A stretch of 64,000 nucleotides of DNA from Eledone cirrhosa. Its lineage: Eukaryota. The translations under genes were made by a program, and so were the position numbers. Positions 37,475 through 52,369 of this stretch are shown one piece after another. The first letter of the stretch is position 1; every line of letters begins with the position of its first letter. The notes under the pieces are model-generated. The model worked only from the letters and a program-made list of their open reading frames with translations, did no database searches and was not told the DNA's origin. The DNA lies in contig OZ024740.1 in the NCBI GenBank assembly GCA_964016885.1, positions 361,522,001 through 361,586,000 of the forward strand, given 5' to 3'.

Positions 37475-37689
37475 TATATAGATATATATACAAAATCAAC
37501 TCGTATATCGAGTTTTGAAACGCGAGTGTATTATAATTCGTATGAAAATGAAAAAACTCGGCGTAAGGAAGCTGTTAAAACAGCAAACAAAGTGCAGTCG
37601 AAACGACGTTGGGTAAAATATTACCTCGGAGGAAATAAATCAGCGGCTCAAAGTGATATATATCTATATATATATATATATATATATAT

Positions 37690-40100
37690 GCTCTGGCCAG
37701 TTCAGCACCATCGACTCCTTTGTCGATACTTGCCGGCGTACTGTGAATCGGTTCCGTTTCCACCAGCAATCTCGTCGCTCTAACATCACGCGAACTCAGC
37801 TCTCCGCTCTTCGCAAACTTCGGTGTCGTGATGACATTATCATCATACCCGCTGACAAAGGTGGTGCTGTGGTGGTTTGGGGCTGACCTCTATAGGGCTG
37901 AGACTCTCCGCCAGCTTTACAATAACCCTTTTTACCGCCCTTTATCCTCCGACCCCACTCCTGGCTACCAACAACTCGTGTCCTCCACCATCCACGAGCT
38001 CATCCCCTCCTCTCCACTACCCCCCGCAGGCACCAACCTTATTGTACGCACCCCTCACCCACCCACCATCTACTTCTTTCCCAAAATACACAAACAAAAT
38101 AATCCTGGCCATCCTATCGTTTCTGCGTGCAACTGCCCCACCGAGATAATTTCTGAATATTTAGACACCATCCTCGCCCCGTTGGTCGACAATATCCCCC
38201 CCCCCCCACACATCCATGATACAAATCATGCCCTTAGATTTTTTAAACTCTTTCTCCTTCCCTCCTGGTCCCTCCCGCCTTCTCTTTACCATGGACATCA
38301 CTTCTCTCTATACCGTCATCCCTCATGATGACGGCCTCTGCAATCTCCAGCATTTTTTAGATTTACGCCCTACCCCTTACCCCAGCACTACCACTCCGTC
38401 TGGCTGAGCTTGTTCTCACCTTTAATAGATTTTCTTTTTCGGGTGAATTTTACCAGCAGGTCTCTGGGGTAGCGATGGGGACCAGAATGGGTCCAAACTA
38501 TGCCAACTTGTTTATTGGCTACGTCGAAGCCCAGATCTTCTCCCAGTACGCTGGACCGACTCCTGAGCTATACGGACGTTGCATCGACGACTGTATCGGT
38601 GCCACCTCTCTATCACGAGAACAGCTCGACTGTTTTCTTTCTTTTGTCCAATCTTTCCATCCTGCTCTCAATTTCACCGCCTCGGTCTCCGATTCTTCTG
38701 TCGCTTTTCTAGATATCTCTCTATCTATTAATCACTCTCACCACACCGTCTCAACTTCCATCTACATTAAACCAACAGACTCCCAATCTTATCTCGACTT
38801 CACCTCCTCCCATCCCACTTACACCAAACACTCCATAGCCTATTCCCAATTCCTCCGTCTTCGTCGACTCTGTAGCCAGGACGACGATTTCGAAATCCAT
38901 TCCCTACGCATGGCTTCCTGCTTCATCCAGCGTGGATATCCCCCCAACCTTGATCCAAGCTGCTCTCACCCACGCCCGTGAAACAGACCGCACCACAGCC
39001 CTCTCACCTCACCCCGCCCTCCCAACACCCGTGTTCCTTTCCCTCTCACCTACCAACCCAGCACCCTACCACTCCGGCGACATATCCTCCGTTCCTTCCG
39101 TATCCTCTCTTCTGACCCCGTCACTTCTTACTTTTTCCCAAACCCACCCATTACTGTTTTTAAGCGGGTCCGAAACCTCCGCGACCTCCTGGTTCGTAGT
39201 TCTTTTTCGTCCTCTCCCATGACTCCACCCGGCTCTCATCCTTGTTCCCGTTCCCGCTGCAACACTTATCCCTTTATTTCCACCCTCACCACTCTTACAG
39301 GCTCTAACGGGTCTTTCCGTATCCGCCATTCCTTCACCTGCATATCCACCCACGTTGTCTATGCCCTCCGGTATTCCATTTGCGGGTCTTTATATATCGG
39401 ACAAATGGGACGCCGTATGGCGGATCGGTTTGCCGAACATTTGAGGGACATACGACTCGGTTTGGATACTACTGTCGCCTGTCATTTCTGTTCTCCCTAC
39501 ATGTTTCAGTCCTGGGTGTCCTTTTACCTCATGGATCACAGGCCTCGCGCACCAGGACTGAACAAAGTCTGATTCAGTGTCTTGGGTCCTATTCCCCTCT
39601 TGGACTCAACTCACCTCCCCAATTTCTCTAATACCCCTAGATTATCACACCCCTAGATTCCTATCGCTTTCTCCTTGCTCATAGCTTCGTACTTGCATGC
39701 ACACACACTGTTTTACTCACATATACACACATATCTCTTCTTAGCTTCGCACGGACCTATAACCCCCCCCCCCCCCCACACACACACGTGCTTACGCACG
39801 CGCTCAAGTATAGCTCTTTTGCAAAACGTTTTTTTTTCCATTTCAGGAAGACGCGCGCCATCATCCACTTTTCTAAAAAACAAATCATATACAAAACGCC
39901 AGCACCAACGGTTTTGCAAGAGGTGTCAACATGAATGGACCTATTATTTTTACCTAAAGACATTTTTTCCAATTCCATCCCGCCCCTCCCCTTAATCTAT
40001 TTTATTTCTCGTTCTTTCTTTCTGCTATATCAAGCGTTAACCTAATATATACCTTCCATATACTGTACCGATTATGTTGTTATTTCTGTTTACCTTTTAC
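37690..40100 (+). mobile_element. Penelope-like element (Neptune-type), near-complete RT plus GIY-YIG with frameshifts, and 3' pLTR
   Basis: IIIIPADKGGAVVVW, PKIHK, MDITSLYTVIPH, MGTRMGPNYANLF, CIDD, VAFLD, IAYSQFLRLRRLCS, Cys linker PCSRSRC, VVYAL..LYIGQMGRRMADRFAEH. Confidence 0.92.
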
Positions 40101-40249
40101 ACACACACATATATATATATATATTGGTTTATTTGTGTTCGTCAATCCGTAATTGTTTCTTGTATTGATCAACTATTACTTGTATACGCAGGTTGTAGCA
40201 CTCGACATAGTATACTTTCTAGACTGTGATATAATCATGCTTGTATAAT

Positions 40250-40464
40250 AATGAATTCTACTATAAGCACATGTTCAGCCATTTTGGGGGAGGGGAAAGT
40301 TGGTTAAATCGACCCCAGAGCATTACTGGTACTTTATTTATCGACCCCGCAAGGATGAAAGGCAAAGCTAATCTCGGCGTGATTTGAGCTCAGAACATAA
40401 AGGGCCATAACTCTATGCCACTAAGCATGTTATTCGACTCTCTACCGATACTGCCAATCCACCG
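40250..40464 (-). mobile_element. SINE family A
   Basis: Reverse-complemented core and head (ctctaccgatactgccaatccaccg). Confidence 0.85.
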
Positions 40465-40731
40465 AAGATTAAAGCAGTATTCTAGAATCATACACCATTT
40501 TATTAGTTATGTTTTGATGGTGATTAACTTTGGCTGTAGTGCATATGTGTCTCAAAAGAATATCTACACCAGTCATAGGCAAACTGCGACCCGTTTCGGT
40601 TTCTGAATGGTACACCTAATTTCAAAATTGCCTTTAATCTTTTAATAGTACGGTCCGCCTTATGATGAGCCACATCCTATGCCGTTGGTACGATACCACA
40701 GAGCACTCTATTCGACGTTCTAACAATTCGC

Positions 40732-40849
<118 letters not shown>

Positions 40850-41029
40850 TTATTAAAATAACAGATTAAAGTTTAAGCAAAGAATCGCTGCTTTCACCCT
40901 TAACGGGATCTGCTTAAACTTTAATCTGTTATTTTAATAAATATTTGCTCTACGGTTCTTATATATTTGATATATATTTTCCTTATCGAGCCCTCTTTGG
41001 ATTTTAGTCTTCAATTTTATTATTATTAC

Positions 41030-41118
<89 letters not shown>

Positions 41119-41284
41119 TCGGGAATATATATATATATATATATATATACATCTCGGGAATACATATACATATATATATATAATATATATAATTGGTGTG
41201 GGATGCTTAAAGCGTCCGTAAGCGGTATGCCGTTTGAGCACTCGGTGCTCTTACAGAGCAGAGTATAATATCACATCTTATGTG

Positions 41285-41349
<65 letters not shown>

Positions 41350-41685
41350 TGATAGAGAGATGTATGTATATATATGTATATATACATATTTACACATCCA
41401 TATATTTCATTAGATAAAATTGACATTTTCAATATGATCATATTTCGTTTAAGCTCTTCAGAATGATAAGTTACTTTGGAGTAAAGATGAAATATGAATG
41501 TAAGTTGGTCAATGTGGTAACTGTTTCAAAGAGAAGCACGAAACAAGAATAAGCAACAAAAAAATAAGAACAAAAAAAAAAAAACAGCAAAATACCCACA
41601 CAAATCTTTACATTAGATAGATAGAAAGTACGAGAACAAGAGTAAAACGGTGAGCGGCGATAATCATTGGCACCTATATATAGAT

Positions 41686-41830
41686 AATTGTTTCTACTTT
41701 AGGCACAAGGCCAACAATTAACCAGTGCATTACTGGTACTTTATTTTATCGACCTCGTAAGGATGAAAGGCTAAGTCAACCTCGGCGGGATTTGAACTCA
41801 GATCGTAAAGGGACGTAACTATGCTGGAAA
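41686..41830 (-). mobile_element. SINE family A, 5'-truncated, flanked by a 17-bp direct repeat
   Basis: Family A core; cacctatatatagataa occurs at 41671 and 41833 (possible TSD). Confidence 0.85.
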
Positions 41831-41867
41831 TCCACCTATATATAGATAATGGGGGTTATACATTTCG

Positions 41868-42366
41868 GATTTGTATTTGTCTGGCAAATGACTTGATTTG
41901 AGACGCGTGGGTTGAAACTAAAGCAATTGTACCGTGGAAGATACATTTTACCCACAGTTCTACGTCCGCCCAATGACTTGATCTTAGTCCAGATGTTTAA
42001 ACTATGGCAATTACATTATATGAGTCATTTTTGCTACAATTGTCCTTGTTTGGTAAGTGACTTGATCTGAAACTGTGTAGAAACTGAAGTAATTACACAA
42101 CGGAAAAGTAATTTTAGTCACAGTTTTACATATCTTACAAGTGAATTGATGTGAGACCCGTATCTTTGAACTAAAATTATATTGTGAAAAAATTATTTTA
42201 GCCACAATTGTACTTGTTTGGTAATTGATTTGATCTGAGATTGTGTTGAAACTAAAGCAATTTCAGCATAGAAGAGTCATTTTAACCAGAGTTGTACTTA
42301 TTTAGCTAGTGACTTGATCTAAGTCTGTGTTGAAACAATTACAGCATGGAAGAGCCACTTTAGCCA
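41868..42366. repeat. Degenerate tandem repeat of about 80-85 bp
   Basis: Recurring ttgta.ttgtttggtaa.tgacttgatctgagac..gttgaaactaaagcaatt..gaaga.tcattttagcc. Confidence 0.65.
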
Positions 42367-43065
42367 TTTAAAACTTTCTATTTATCAGTTATTTTCTGAT
42401 GTCAAAACGTTTGTCACACTGACTGTGACCTGGTCACTGACACAACTCCATTGCAGCTGACTTTTATTTTTATTTATTCCTCATTTGTGGTCAGAGTCTA
42501 TGATGTACCACAGGCAACAAAATATGAAGTAATTTTGTTCTTTAGTCCCAGGTCATCTCTGATTAAAGTCATTACAGTTGTGACAATTCCATATTTTCCC
42601 TACGTACAAGGAATCCAGGAATACATTATCCAGCGTGGTCTTTTCTTAGTCGATAGGATAAAGGATAGGAAAAAGTGTTAAGTACTAAGTACAGAATTTT
42701 AAAAGTGTCAGACAGAGTAAAGTAAACTACAACCGTCGCTCGCATCAATCGATCAGACTTGGGAGTATGTAACATGATATCGCTAAGGAGTTTTGCTACT
42801 AATGCAGTAGCAAGCTGACATTGACACTCTCTCAGCCCTCGCTACAGGCACTTTATTTATGAATCCTCGAAAAAGATGAAACGCATAGTGGACCTCAGTG
42901 GGACTTAAACTGAGAACGAACAGACCCGAAACAAATATCCAATGCTCTAACGACGCTGACAAATTGAGCGCCTTAAGATGGAATTAGAATCGTATAAGAG
43001 GAAAAACAGGCCTATCATGTGGACATGGGTTGGAATGGTAAACATATTTTGTTAGTCACGGGGTC

Positions 43066-43278
43066 AGTAACTGTTGTATTAACATGTAGTAATGATAGTG
43101 AAGGTTTTCTACTGAATCGGCAACTGTTTTAGCAACATGTGGCAGTGATAGTGAAGGTTTTCTACTGAATCCGTAACTGTTGTAGTAATATGTGGCAGTG
43201 ATAGTGATAGTTTTCCATCGAATCAGTAACTGTTGTATCAACATGTAGCAGTGATAGTGAAAGTTTTCTACTGAATTA
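43066..43278. repeat. Tandem repeat of about 53 bp, 4 copies
   Basis: gtaactgttgta..aacatgtggcagtgatagtgaaggttttctactgaatc. Confidence 0.85.
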
Positions 43279-43739
43279 GGTATCGTTTTGGTGATTGGGC
43301 TGATGTGATCTAAAATGTTTACTTGATTGCTAATTATATTCTGACGGCTATTCAATCAATTAGACTCTCCTGCCACCCGTTATAGTATCAGTTTTATTTA
43401 TATGCCTGATCTAATGAAGAAATCACTAATTGCCATCACAGTGACGTATGTAAGCGAGATGAGGCCTCAGGCCTGTCTGAGAGGTCAGTAGCTGCGATTA
43501 TCTAGTGACTTGGTCTGTTATGACTCGTCCAACCCTTGCTAACAAGAAAAACGGACGTTAAACGACGATGAGGATGTTTGGGGAGACGCACTAATTTTTC
43601 ATGAAAAAGTCCAAGTTATTTCATATAAGCTACACTCGGGATATTTCAATCAATTTCTTACTGATTACCAACTGAACGTTTCGCGATTCATGCTTATATA
43701 TAGATTGCTTTTATACATTCAGTTGTATATATATTTACA

Positions 43740-43976
<237 letters not shown>

Positions 43977-44592
43977 TATGAGAGGAAACTCTGCACACTC
44001 TGGGAGGTGCATCTCACCTGCGCTCCGCATGCAAAAAGGCGAAAGCGTTGTCGCGTAGAACAGCCAGCGACACCCGCTGCATCAGTCACTCCACCATCTG
44101 TGGTTGGTTATGTATGAATGCATATTGCAGATATCTGAGAACCGGGTGTATGATTAAATTTCTATTCCCAGTTGGAACCGTTTTGCTTTACTTCAACTAC
44201 AGATTTAATACCCCGAAGAAATGGAACCGACAAAACTTCAACTGAACAAATTTTGACGTCATGCCTTCAAAATAATTAATTAGTATGTTAGTTTACTCTT
44301 AATCATAATCACATTAGTTGCGTATATTTAATCAAGCTTCCTTAATATAGAGTAATAAGACACTAAATAAACAGCCTATTTGTGACATCTGCATTGCTCA
44401 ACCACCCATCTTTTCAACTCTATAATTTAACTCTTAACATACTATAATGTTTCAGCTTAAAATATCTAAAAGTACGTTTGTTAATTCAGATGTTTATAGT
44501 ATATTTACTGGTGAACAGATCGTTGTTAACATTTGTTGTATTAGACCAAACGTTCTCAAAGTTGGCGCTCAAAGTTGAAACTGCAGTATGAT

Positions 44593-44815
44593 GACACGTT
44601 GCTTAATGGTTAGGGTGTTTGGCTCACGATCGTAAAAGCGTGTTCGATTCTCGACAGGGCATTGTCTTTCAGCTCGACACTTTATTTCACAACGCTCACT
44701 CAGCAAGCAAAATGAGTTGTACTTGTAATTCAAAAGGTCAGTCTTGTCACATACCACATCATACTGAATCACATTAAGTGTACACGGGTTTGTGGAATGC
44801 TCAGTCACTTGTACT
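44593..44815 (+). mobile_element. SINE family B
   Basis: gcttaatggttagggtgtttggctcacgatcgtaa..gttcgattctc. Confidence 0.75.
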
Positions 44816-44884
44816 ATAAAACAAGCAATTCAAAGGACTAACCTTGTTTTTGTTTTTTTAAATTGAATGGAAGGAAGCATGGGT

Positions 44885-44955
44885 GGGGTGTTGGTGTAAT
44901 GGTAACACGTTGGTCCGGCAAACCAAAGGTGTGGTTTCGTGTCCCATGTACGTCA
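44885..44955 (+). pseudogene. tRNA-like sequence (pseudogene or SINE head)
   Basis: D-arm gtgt-aatggta-acac and anticodon arm ttggt-ccggcaa-accaa; T-arm and acceptor stem are weak; a T7 run follows. Confidence 0.4.
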
Positions 44956-45086
44956 ATACTCATCCTTTTTTTACATTCAGAGGTTCTCTTTTTTAAATCC
45001 CAACTAACAGACTAATTCTATGTAGTCAAATACGGCGTAAGCACATGTTACTATCTAATATATATATGTATATATATATATATATG

Positions 45087-45202
45087 TAAAAGGTAAACAG
45101 AAATAACAGGACAATCGGTACAGTATATATGGAAGGAATATATTAGGGTAACGCTTGATATAGGAGGAAGAGGATCTTAACGTTTCAGATGTGTACACCT
45201 GT
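45087..45202 (-). mobile_element. pLTR fragment of the 37690 PLE family with an HHR 3' half
   Basis: Matches 8446-8551; minus strand reads ..acatct GAAA cgtt aaga. Confidence 0.7.
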
Positions 45203-45227
45203 CTATATATACAGTGTTAGCTAAATC

Positions 45228-45343
<116 letters not shown>

Positions 45344-45412
45344 TATATACAGCCAATATGTTTGCATCTGTCTTTATATACAATGTTGACTAAAGTTCTA
45401 TAATGAAGTGTG

Positions 45413-45491
<79 letters not shown>

Positions 45492-45659
45492 TGTTCAATC
45501 GGGGGGTAACCACAGTAAGTGAGGTGCACAATACATAGCAGGGTATAAATATAAAATATTTAATATAGAAATGGCTTCTACAGGACTAGAACTGTTTTAT
45601 TCAGGGCTTTCCTGATGATTTCCTTCGAATGAAACAGTTCTAGTCCTTTAGAAGCCATT
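45492..45659. mobile_element. HHR-bearing mini-element with a fold-back (HHR on + strand, 45605-45656)
   Basis: ggctttc CTGATGA tttccttcgaat GAAA cag ttctagtc ctt TA gaagcc; inverted copy of the 3' half at 45570-45602. Confidence 0.65.
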
Positions 45660-45668
45660 CCCCCCCCC

Positions 45669-45775
<107 letters not shown>

Positions 45776-46116
45776 TATATCTGTCTATACACCTATTGAA
45801 GAAGAAACAAACAAACATTGTTAATGCACCAGTAAGTAATGAAATATATATATAGTACACAATTTCGTATATATAATTATATATTTTAATAGGCATGAAT
45901 ATTTAATAATTGTATTCCTCTTGGTATGATAAATGCTGTGCAGTCATAACCAAGCTTCAAGCAACATGCACCAAGTTAACTAGTCTAACTTCACTCATTA
46001 AGGTTGCTCATCTCTTGAGAAAGGCATGGACGTCTACAGTTTCGTTGCCTACTACATTTGTGAAAGTATTTCCTTGTAAAAAATTATACTTTTCCAAGAT
46101 TTATAGACGTTATCTA

Positions 46117-46332
46117 TGGCAGAATCGGTAGAGCATCGGACAACAAGCTTAGCGGCATAGAGTTACGTCCTTTTACATTCTGAGTTGAAATCTCGCTGAG
46201 GTTAGCTTTGTCTTTCATCCGTACGGGGTCGAGAAAATAAAGTACCAGTAATGCACTGGGGAATGGGGACGATTTAATCAACTTTCCCCTTCCCTTTAAA
46301 TTACTGGCCTTGTGCCAAATGTAGAAACAATT
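46117..46332 (+). mobile_element. SINE family A
   Basis: Family A head and core. Confidence 0.85.
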
Positions 46333-46787
46333 ATCTATACATTAATTTTTAAGGATTTGTCTAAAAATTTATCGTTGAACATTTATGCTCTTTTAAAAAA
46401 TGTTCTATGTTTTATTTATCCTACAGCTAAATATAAATCCCATGAAATATCTCTCCTCTGCTGTCGGATTCTAAAGTGGGTGTGTTATTTCAACTATGTT
46501 CTGAACCCATACATTTTCTAGGGAACGTCTTTTGTTATTTAAAACGGGGTTAGAAATTAGAGCGTTGGTTACTAAATTGAATTTATACTGGACTGAGAAG
46601 GTTTCTTTCACTGGCTAGCGACAACCAACCAATCAGCTGTCACCTTGACCATTGTACGTACTTATTAACATTAAACAAACCTGGGTAGTTATCAGATAGG
46701 TGTGACTACTACCCAGCGAAGTGAGCTGACCAACAACACTGTCCATCTATCATTAAGTGAATAAAATATATTTTATTGTCGTTACAG

Positions 46788-47253
46788 TATGTGCCGTCTC
46801 TCCGACAACTTAATTTACTGCCTTACCGCATGTTTCAGTCAAATTGTTGACATGGATGAAGATAATGATTTTCCTTTACCATTAACTAGGAAATGTAGCA
46901 GTTGTCGCCGAAAGCTGGAAAAAATAAAAAAAGCAGAGATGTCGAGATCGACACAAACTTTAACTTCAACCGTTTCTAACACAGAAGCAACTCGAAAAGA
47001 TTGTGTTAACACCTCATACTTTTCTCGATCGGATTCTACCTTTTCTACCTTCCATCGTAAAAAGAATATTATTTCCGAGCCAGATAATTGTCGGATGACG
47101 ACCAACCATACACAAAACACAGTACCATTCCATTCAGAGGCACAGTCTTCGAAGTTTGCTGAAAATATACAAATCCCACCTCTTTATACAGGAATTATTT
47201 CACAAGATCATGCAAAACACAAAATGAAAATCATTTACCAGCTGGATCTGTGA
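46788..47253 (+). CDS. Candidate host exon or ORF of unknown function
   Basis: Non-repetitive 154-codon Ser/Thr-rich ORF directly after an acceptor-like ttttattgtcgttacag; no recognisable domain. Confidence 0.25.
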
Positions 47254-47826
47254 TATCTACAATAGAAAAATGTCTGTACTTTCGGAGAAGCTGTCAAAAT
47301 TTAATTAAAAAATATTGATATATAACTGCAAAATAAAACGGACCCATAAAAATGTATCAAATTCACATCGAATAGATAACATTTTGAACCGTCAACTCCT
47401 TAGTTTACCAGACGATTATTGTAACAACTTGGAACAAAACGGTGAATATTATTGTTGAGGAGGAAATGAAGAGTAACAACACAATCAGAAATATCAGACA
47501 GCTGATAGTCTTTGGGTGTTTCCGTTGTGCGTATGGCTCCGATTTTCCAGAGTCTGTTCTCGTTGTTTCTTACCCAGATTTTGACTCATATATATATATA
47601 TATATATATGAAGGGTAGATTTCCATGATTCATTTTATTACGTAATTTGCTGGATAACGTATTTCTGTGGAGTTATCAATTACGTAATGCTGCTATTACA
47701 CAATCACCAACACGATTTCTTAAGACATCGACTTAAGTAATTCATTTATTATGTAATACAGGCTATTGATAAGGAGATGTTGCTCTTTTAAAAGTTCGTC
47801 CTCATAGATGTAATCGATACAACCCT

Positions 47827-47905
<79 letters not shown>

Positions 47906-48668
47906 GAACATTTTAAAAACATAAATAGAACATACTATATATCATCCACAACCAGAACTTCATGTGTAAATGTATAAATTAATCAAAAATTATGATACAT
48001 GCATAATCAAAACAACACACATGTCATACCACCTTCATTTTGAACAAAGTCATTTCTAAGACTGACACAGGATCATGCCTTACAAAAGAAACCTATTTAA
48101 CGAAATTCAAAACTATACATTTCATGTTTTGTATTTATATAAAATTGTAAAACGGTTTTGTCATAATAATCACAACATCTGTATTATTGCAGTATAGAAT
48201 TGCAATATTTCGTCATATCTATTGTTATATGTTTTGTTTCGTTTATTCCACCCCACCCTCTGGGCTGCCGTAACTTGTCTTTAGAGCCGTACTATTCTGA
48301 AACCTAGTAGTACCGTACGGATTATGGTTCCGTCAATTTGTTTTTTGCTGTAGTAGTAGACCTGTCAACTCTCTCCGTCCGACGGGGAGATCTACCACCC
48401 CCTTTGGGAGGGGTGACAGATGTCTTCTCTTGTAAAAATGGGTATAGCTGTCATGCCAACCTCTGAAAACTTAAACGGGGAGTACCATGAAAAAAAGTGC
48501 CTCAAAACGGGGAGAAATGAGGCAAAATGGGGAGATTTTATATAATTGTTTCTACTTTAGGCATAATGATATATAGTATGTTCTATTTATGTTTTTAAAA
48601 TGTTCATAATATATATATATATATATATCAAGGGTTGCATCGATTACATCTATGAGGACGAACTATGA

Positions 48669-48856
48669 GGGCGGTGGATTGGCAGTATCAGTAGAGGGTC
48701 GGACGCCATGCTTTCCAGCATAGTTACGTCCCTTTACGATCTGAGTTCAAATCCCGCCGAGGTTGACTTTGCCTTTCATCCTTACGGGGTCGATAAAATA
48801 AAGTACCAGTAATGCACTGGGTAATTGCTGGCCTTGTGTCTAAAGTAGAAACAATT
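48669..48856 (+). mobile_element. SINE family A, full length
   Basis: ggcggtggattggcagtatc..gagttcaaatccc..core..gtagaaacaatt. Confidence 0.9.
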
Positions 48857-50324
48857 ATATAAAATCTCCCCATTTTGCCTCATTTCTCCCCGTTTTGAGG
48901 CACTTTTTTTCATGGTACTCCCCGTTTAAGTTTTCAGAGGTTGGCATGTCTGTAGTGGGGTAAAAAATTGAAGAGCCAGAGGAAGACCAAAATATCTGAA
49001 AGTCAAAAGCTCTTCCATGGGTTAATACGGCCCAGTATGTGTCCCTTAAAAAGGCATTAATGTCATTCAATTTCATTTGTCGGTTTCTATACATGTCGTG
49101 CCATATCAAAAGAAATCCACATTTGTTTTCAGAGTTCATATCTTAATAATTATACAAACATGTTGTTTAACTTAAAGTCACCAGACGAGTGACACATGTC
49201 ATTGCAGCTGTGACTAGGGCAGTATTATTTTTAAGTTTGACTAGAAAAGCTCGAAATATGTGAATGCCTAGGGACCCGGCCACGAATTAATACATTCCTG
49301 ACGCGACCATCCCATATTGTTTTGTATATTATCCTATATAAAATATGTTGTTTTTTAGCGCCAAGTCAGCCCTGCATAGATAAAAATATGAACAGAGGCA
49401 TCTAAGGCTTGATCCTTACGTATTGTTTTTTTTTAATGTATATTGTATTTAGGAATACATTATCCTATATACATATGGCAGCCTTTTTAAATTGGAAGGA
49501 TGTGTTTTGAGGAAACTTAGGCTGCTATTTCTAGCAGGTCAAACTATCACATACAGACTCTTCTGTTCGGCACTGGGATAGAGAGACAACCGGGATTGTT
49601 TATAATGTTTAATTCGAAAGTAATGCTTTTCAGTTCAAATCCTCACTGGAGTCATATTTTCTTTTCATTCGCCAGCAGATACTTACCCCCCCCCCCAAAC
49701 AAATGGTGAAGTGTCTGTTTGTCTTTCTCGCTCTCTCTCTTTTTCTTTTATTCCCTCTCTCACACTCACAAATACTCTCTCAAACGAGAATAAATCGGCT
49801 GCATACAGATAAGGATAGAGATGGGCTGCGTTGAGTTTAAGATGTCAAAAGACTCGCCGTATGTCATGACAGCGCCCCTAAGACTCCACTAAGAGTTAAG
49901 GGCCCATAATTTGTAGTAAATATTTCAAAATCCATTAAATTCACTGTATTATATATCTGTATTCACTGTATTATATATCTGTATTCACTGTATTATAACT
50001 GGGGTGTTCAAATGATAAAAAAAACAAAAACAAACAAACAAAAGAACAAACACAAAACAACCATAAATTTATATAAAGACTTTATATAAAGACCCCATCA
50101 TGTAAATATATAATTATAAATATATATTTATAAATTTATATAAAGAACCTATCATGTAAAAATACACATATGAAATAAACAGTATTTATCACATATTTTG
50201 TTTCGTCTTGTTTTCAAACGATTTCCTCATGTTTTTAGGGAGACGAGGGAGTGCTAGCTTTGTTACAGGAGGAAGGACGGCACCCGTGGGCCATTCCAGG
50301 CATCCGAGATGAGTGGGGTTATTG

Positions 50325-50665
50325 TTGTTGTTGAACTTCCATTGGTTCCGATCATCAGTGTTCCTTCCAGTTGTTTAGTCAACAGAAAAGCCTGCTCGTG
50401 AAATGAAAGTGCAAGTGGCTGAGTATTCCACAGACACGTGTATCCATAACGCAGTTGTAAGGGAGATTCAGCATGACACTGTATGTGATATGACTCACCC
50501 TTTGAATGACAGATTACTATTAATTTACAATTCATTTTTTTCCAGCTGAGTAGACTGAAGCAACGTGAAATAAAATTTCATTTTTAATGATACACCGTGC
50601 CGCCTGGAATCAAACTCACTCTCTTACAATCGTCTGGGGACGCCCTAACCATTCAACACTGTGCT
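50325..50665 (-). mobile_element. SINE family B
   Basis: gtgcaagtggctgagtattccacagacacgtg..ccagctgagtagactgaagcaacgtgaaataaa. Confidence 0.75.
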
Positions 50666-52334
50666 TTCACTGCTAATGTGAATAAAAGAAGCTATTTTCA
50701 AAATGGAGACCCGCAAAGCAAACTCCACCAAAGACACATAAAGACCAGGTGGCGATGGATTAAATCTACTAGTCAGGAAAAGCTCATCCCACGGGCTTCT
50801 TCACAGTTTCTGTCTACCAAATTTCTTTCAGAAGCCTATTGTCAATACAACACTAAAGCAGAAGACACTTGTCTAAAGTCTCAGACAGTAGGGTCAAACC
50901 CGAAACCATACATTTGCAAAACGAACTTCACGCAACTATACCTGCATCAATTCTTTATGTTGTTGTTGCTGTTTTAGGATTATCTAGCCGTTTTAGGGCT
51001 AAAAATATATAGATTGTCTATAAATGTCTGATAGAAGATGTTCTGGTGAAATAATCGTTTTGCTACTACGGATAATTTAGAGCTGTATTTTTGTCCTATA
51101 ACCTAAATAGAGAACTGCTATACAAACTCAGTGTGAGTGTGTGTTTGTGAAACATATACATATACACCAGGTCCGAACACAAAGGTACCAAACACCCACT
51201 GTCATTGCCTCCGTCTTTCCCATTCTCCCCATCTCTCACTATTATGAGAAAATGGGGGCTCACGCAGCCCCGGCGGACAGAATAGAGAAGGCGTTTCCCT
51301 GGAGCACGGTGAGGGAGGCGCGCTATCTTGGACTACATTACCGAAAGTGTTATTTTTCTAAAGAAAGATGTATTTTTAGCAGTATGAGCGACCTACTGAA
51401 AATAGCTGTCAATGAAGACATCCCAACAATGACAATCTCGACTTTTTATGGCTTTATAGGACTACATCATCTAAAGTGTTCTTCCTTTCTTAAAAAACAG
51501 CAACAAAAAACAAAACAAAACAACGATAGAGTATGAATTGGGGCAAAATTAGCAACTATTTTTAGCAGGGCGAGCGAGTGTGACCAATCCCACGTTTTAG
51601 AGGTCTATAGGACTACATCATCTATAGAATCACCTTTTCTTTAGGATAATGTGTGAATTGAGCTGGATTTGGCTGCTATTTTCAGCTGTTAAAAGTAGCC
51701 GTCAGTTATAGAAGACTCCCTCGTTGGTTCGTTTGATTAACTTTATTTTGTTTTATTCATTGACATTTAAAAGGATGTTTAAGATAGCTTCAGTAAGCTT
51801 CTCTCTGATATAATATAGCATTTAGTTGCAGAAGCCTTACTTATCAAGCCGAACGTTTGCACATAACGTTATTTATACATCCTTTCAGTTTACCCATCTG
51901 ACTTATGTACGTTTTTCTCAGAAGCAATTTATTAGCGCAGCTCTGAATGCCTCACCACTCTTGAGATGAAAGCAAATTATTTGTGAACATAGAAACAGGA
52001 AATGTTCACTTTTAACTGGTAGAGACAAATATTATAAGCACAAAACTTAATACATACATATTTCCTCCAACACATACATTCAACCACTGTTTTATTAAGA
52101 ATCCAAAGACTTCCCTTTTCGCAACAACACAAACATATTTTACTCATACTTATTACAAACCCACCAAAACACATGCAAAAGACGCTCACATACACACAAA
52201 TACACACACATATACAAACACATACACACACATTATATAAGTACATACCGACTGTTATTGCATTTGTGTTCGTGGGTAACTTTGGATTGGGGTAGATTTG
52301 TTTATGTTAAGTCTAAGCAATTTACGGTGTTAAT

Positions 52335-52369
<35 letters not shown>

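Noticed and set aside
37495-37535. Possible HHR 3' half (aactcg..cgagtt..GAAACGCG); similar at 40590-40610 on the minus strand
   Set aside because: Too short and degenerate to call without a family consensus.
51170-51335. GC-richer patch within a 131-aa ORF
   Set aside because: No recognisable domain; probably a small TE fragment.
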